From Bacteroidia bacterium (lineage in GTDB: Bacteria > Bacteroidota > Bacteroidia > Cytophagales > JAAEPT01), in the NCBI GenBank assembly GCA_030431525.1, contig JAUIJC010000027.1:4132-68131 (forward strand): a stretch of DNA of 64,000 bases. The letters run 5' to 3'. Shown one piece after another: positions 63,934-64,000 of the stretch; position 1 is the stretch's first letter, and each line of letters starts with the position of its first letter. The translations under genes were made by a program, and so were the position numbers. The notes under the pieces were generated by a model that ran no database searches, was not told the DNA's origin, and saw nothing but the letters and a program-made list of their open reading frames with translations.

Positions 63934-64000
63934 TTTCATTTCTTATGCATATCGCTCTAAATGTGCTAAAATGTGTGGATAAACATCCACCACAGCATTT

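Noticed and set aside
1-64000. Search for tRNA, rRNA, tmRNA, riboswitches (FMN near ribE, SAM or other near cysM), transposases and integrases
   Set aside because: I saw no cloverleaf-like sequences or conserved T-loop (GGTTCGAATCC-type) motifs. The intergenic regions next to ribE and cysM are too short or are occupied by repeats. No transposase-like or integrase-like ORF is present. A covariance-model scan (Infernal/tRNAscan) would be needed to be certain.

Overview
This is a 64-kb chromosomal segment that looks like a Bacteroidota genome. The evidence is several type-A T9SS C-terminal sorting domains, TAnnTTTG-type -7 promoter boxes, and Bacteroidota-style LptD, MlaD and DUF349 genes. I call about 46 protein genes, identified by reading motifs only; no searches were run. 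Most are housekeeping: fabG, lpdA, ribE, pcm, gatB, alaS, cysM, menA, argS, speA, hemY and murQ. Mixed in are envelope genes and at least five large secreted or T9SS cargo proteins. These are a giant Ig-repeat adhesin that runs off the left edge and is missing from the ORF track, a CE4-CBM6-PKD protein, two paralogous YD-like proteins, and a 14-repeat FG-GAP protein. I found no rRNA, tRNA, CRISPR array, transposase, integrase or recognisable defence or biosynthetic cluster. What stands out is mostly non-coding. (1) Gene boundaries carry tandem heptanucleotide (period-7) arrays, usually as inverted pairs flush with stop and start codons. At least nine loci and four unit families are present. 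(2) There are several other palindromic repeat families, including a 133-bp MITE-like hairpin element in three copies with compensatory stem changes. (3) alaS is interrupted by a single in-frame TAG. (4) Three tandem 49-codon lipoprotein genes lie below the ORF-track size cutoff. (5) Two T9SS paralogues share a nearly identical module of sorting domain, terminator and promoter. All functional calls are motif recall and need a database check.
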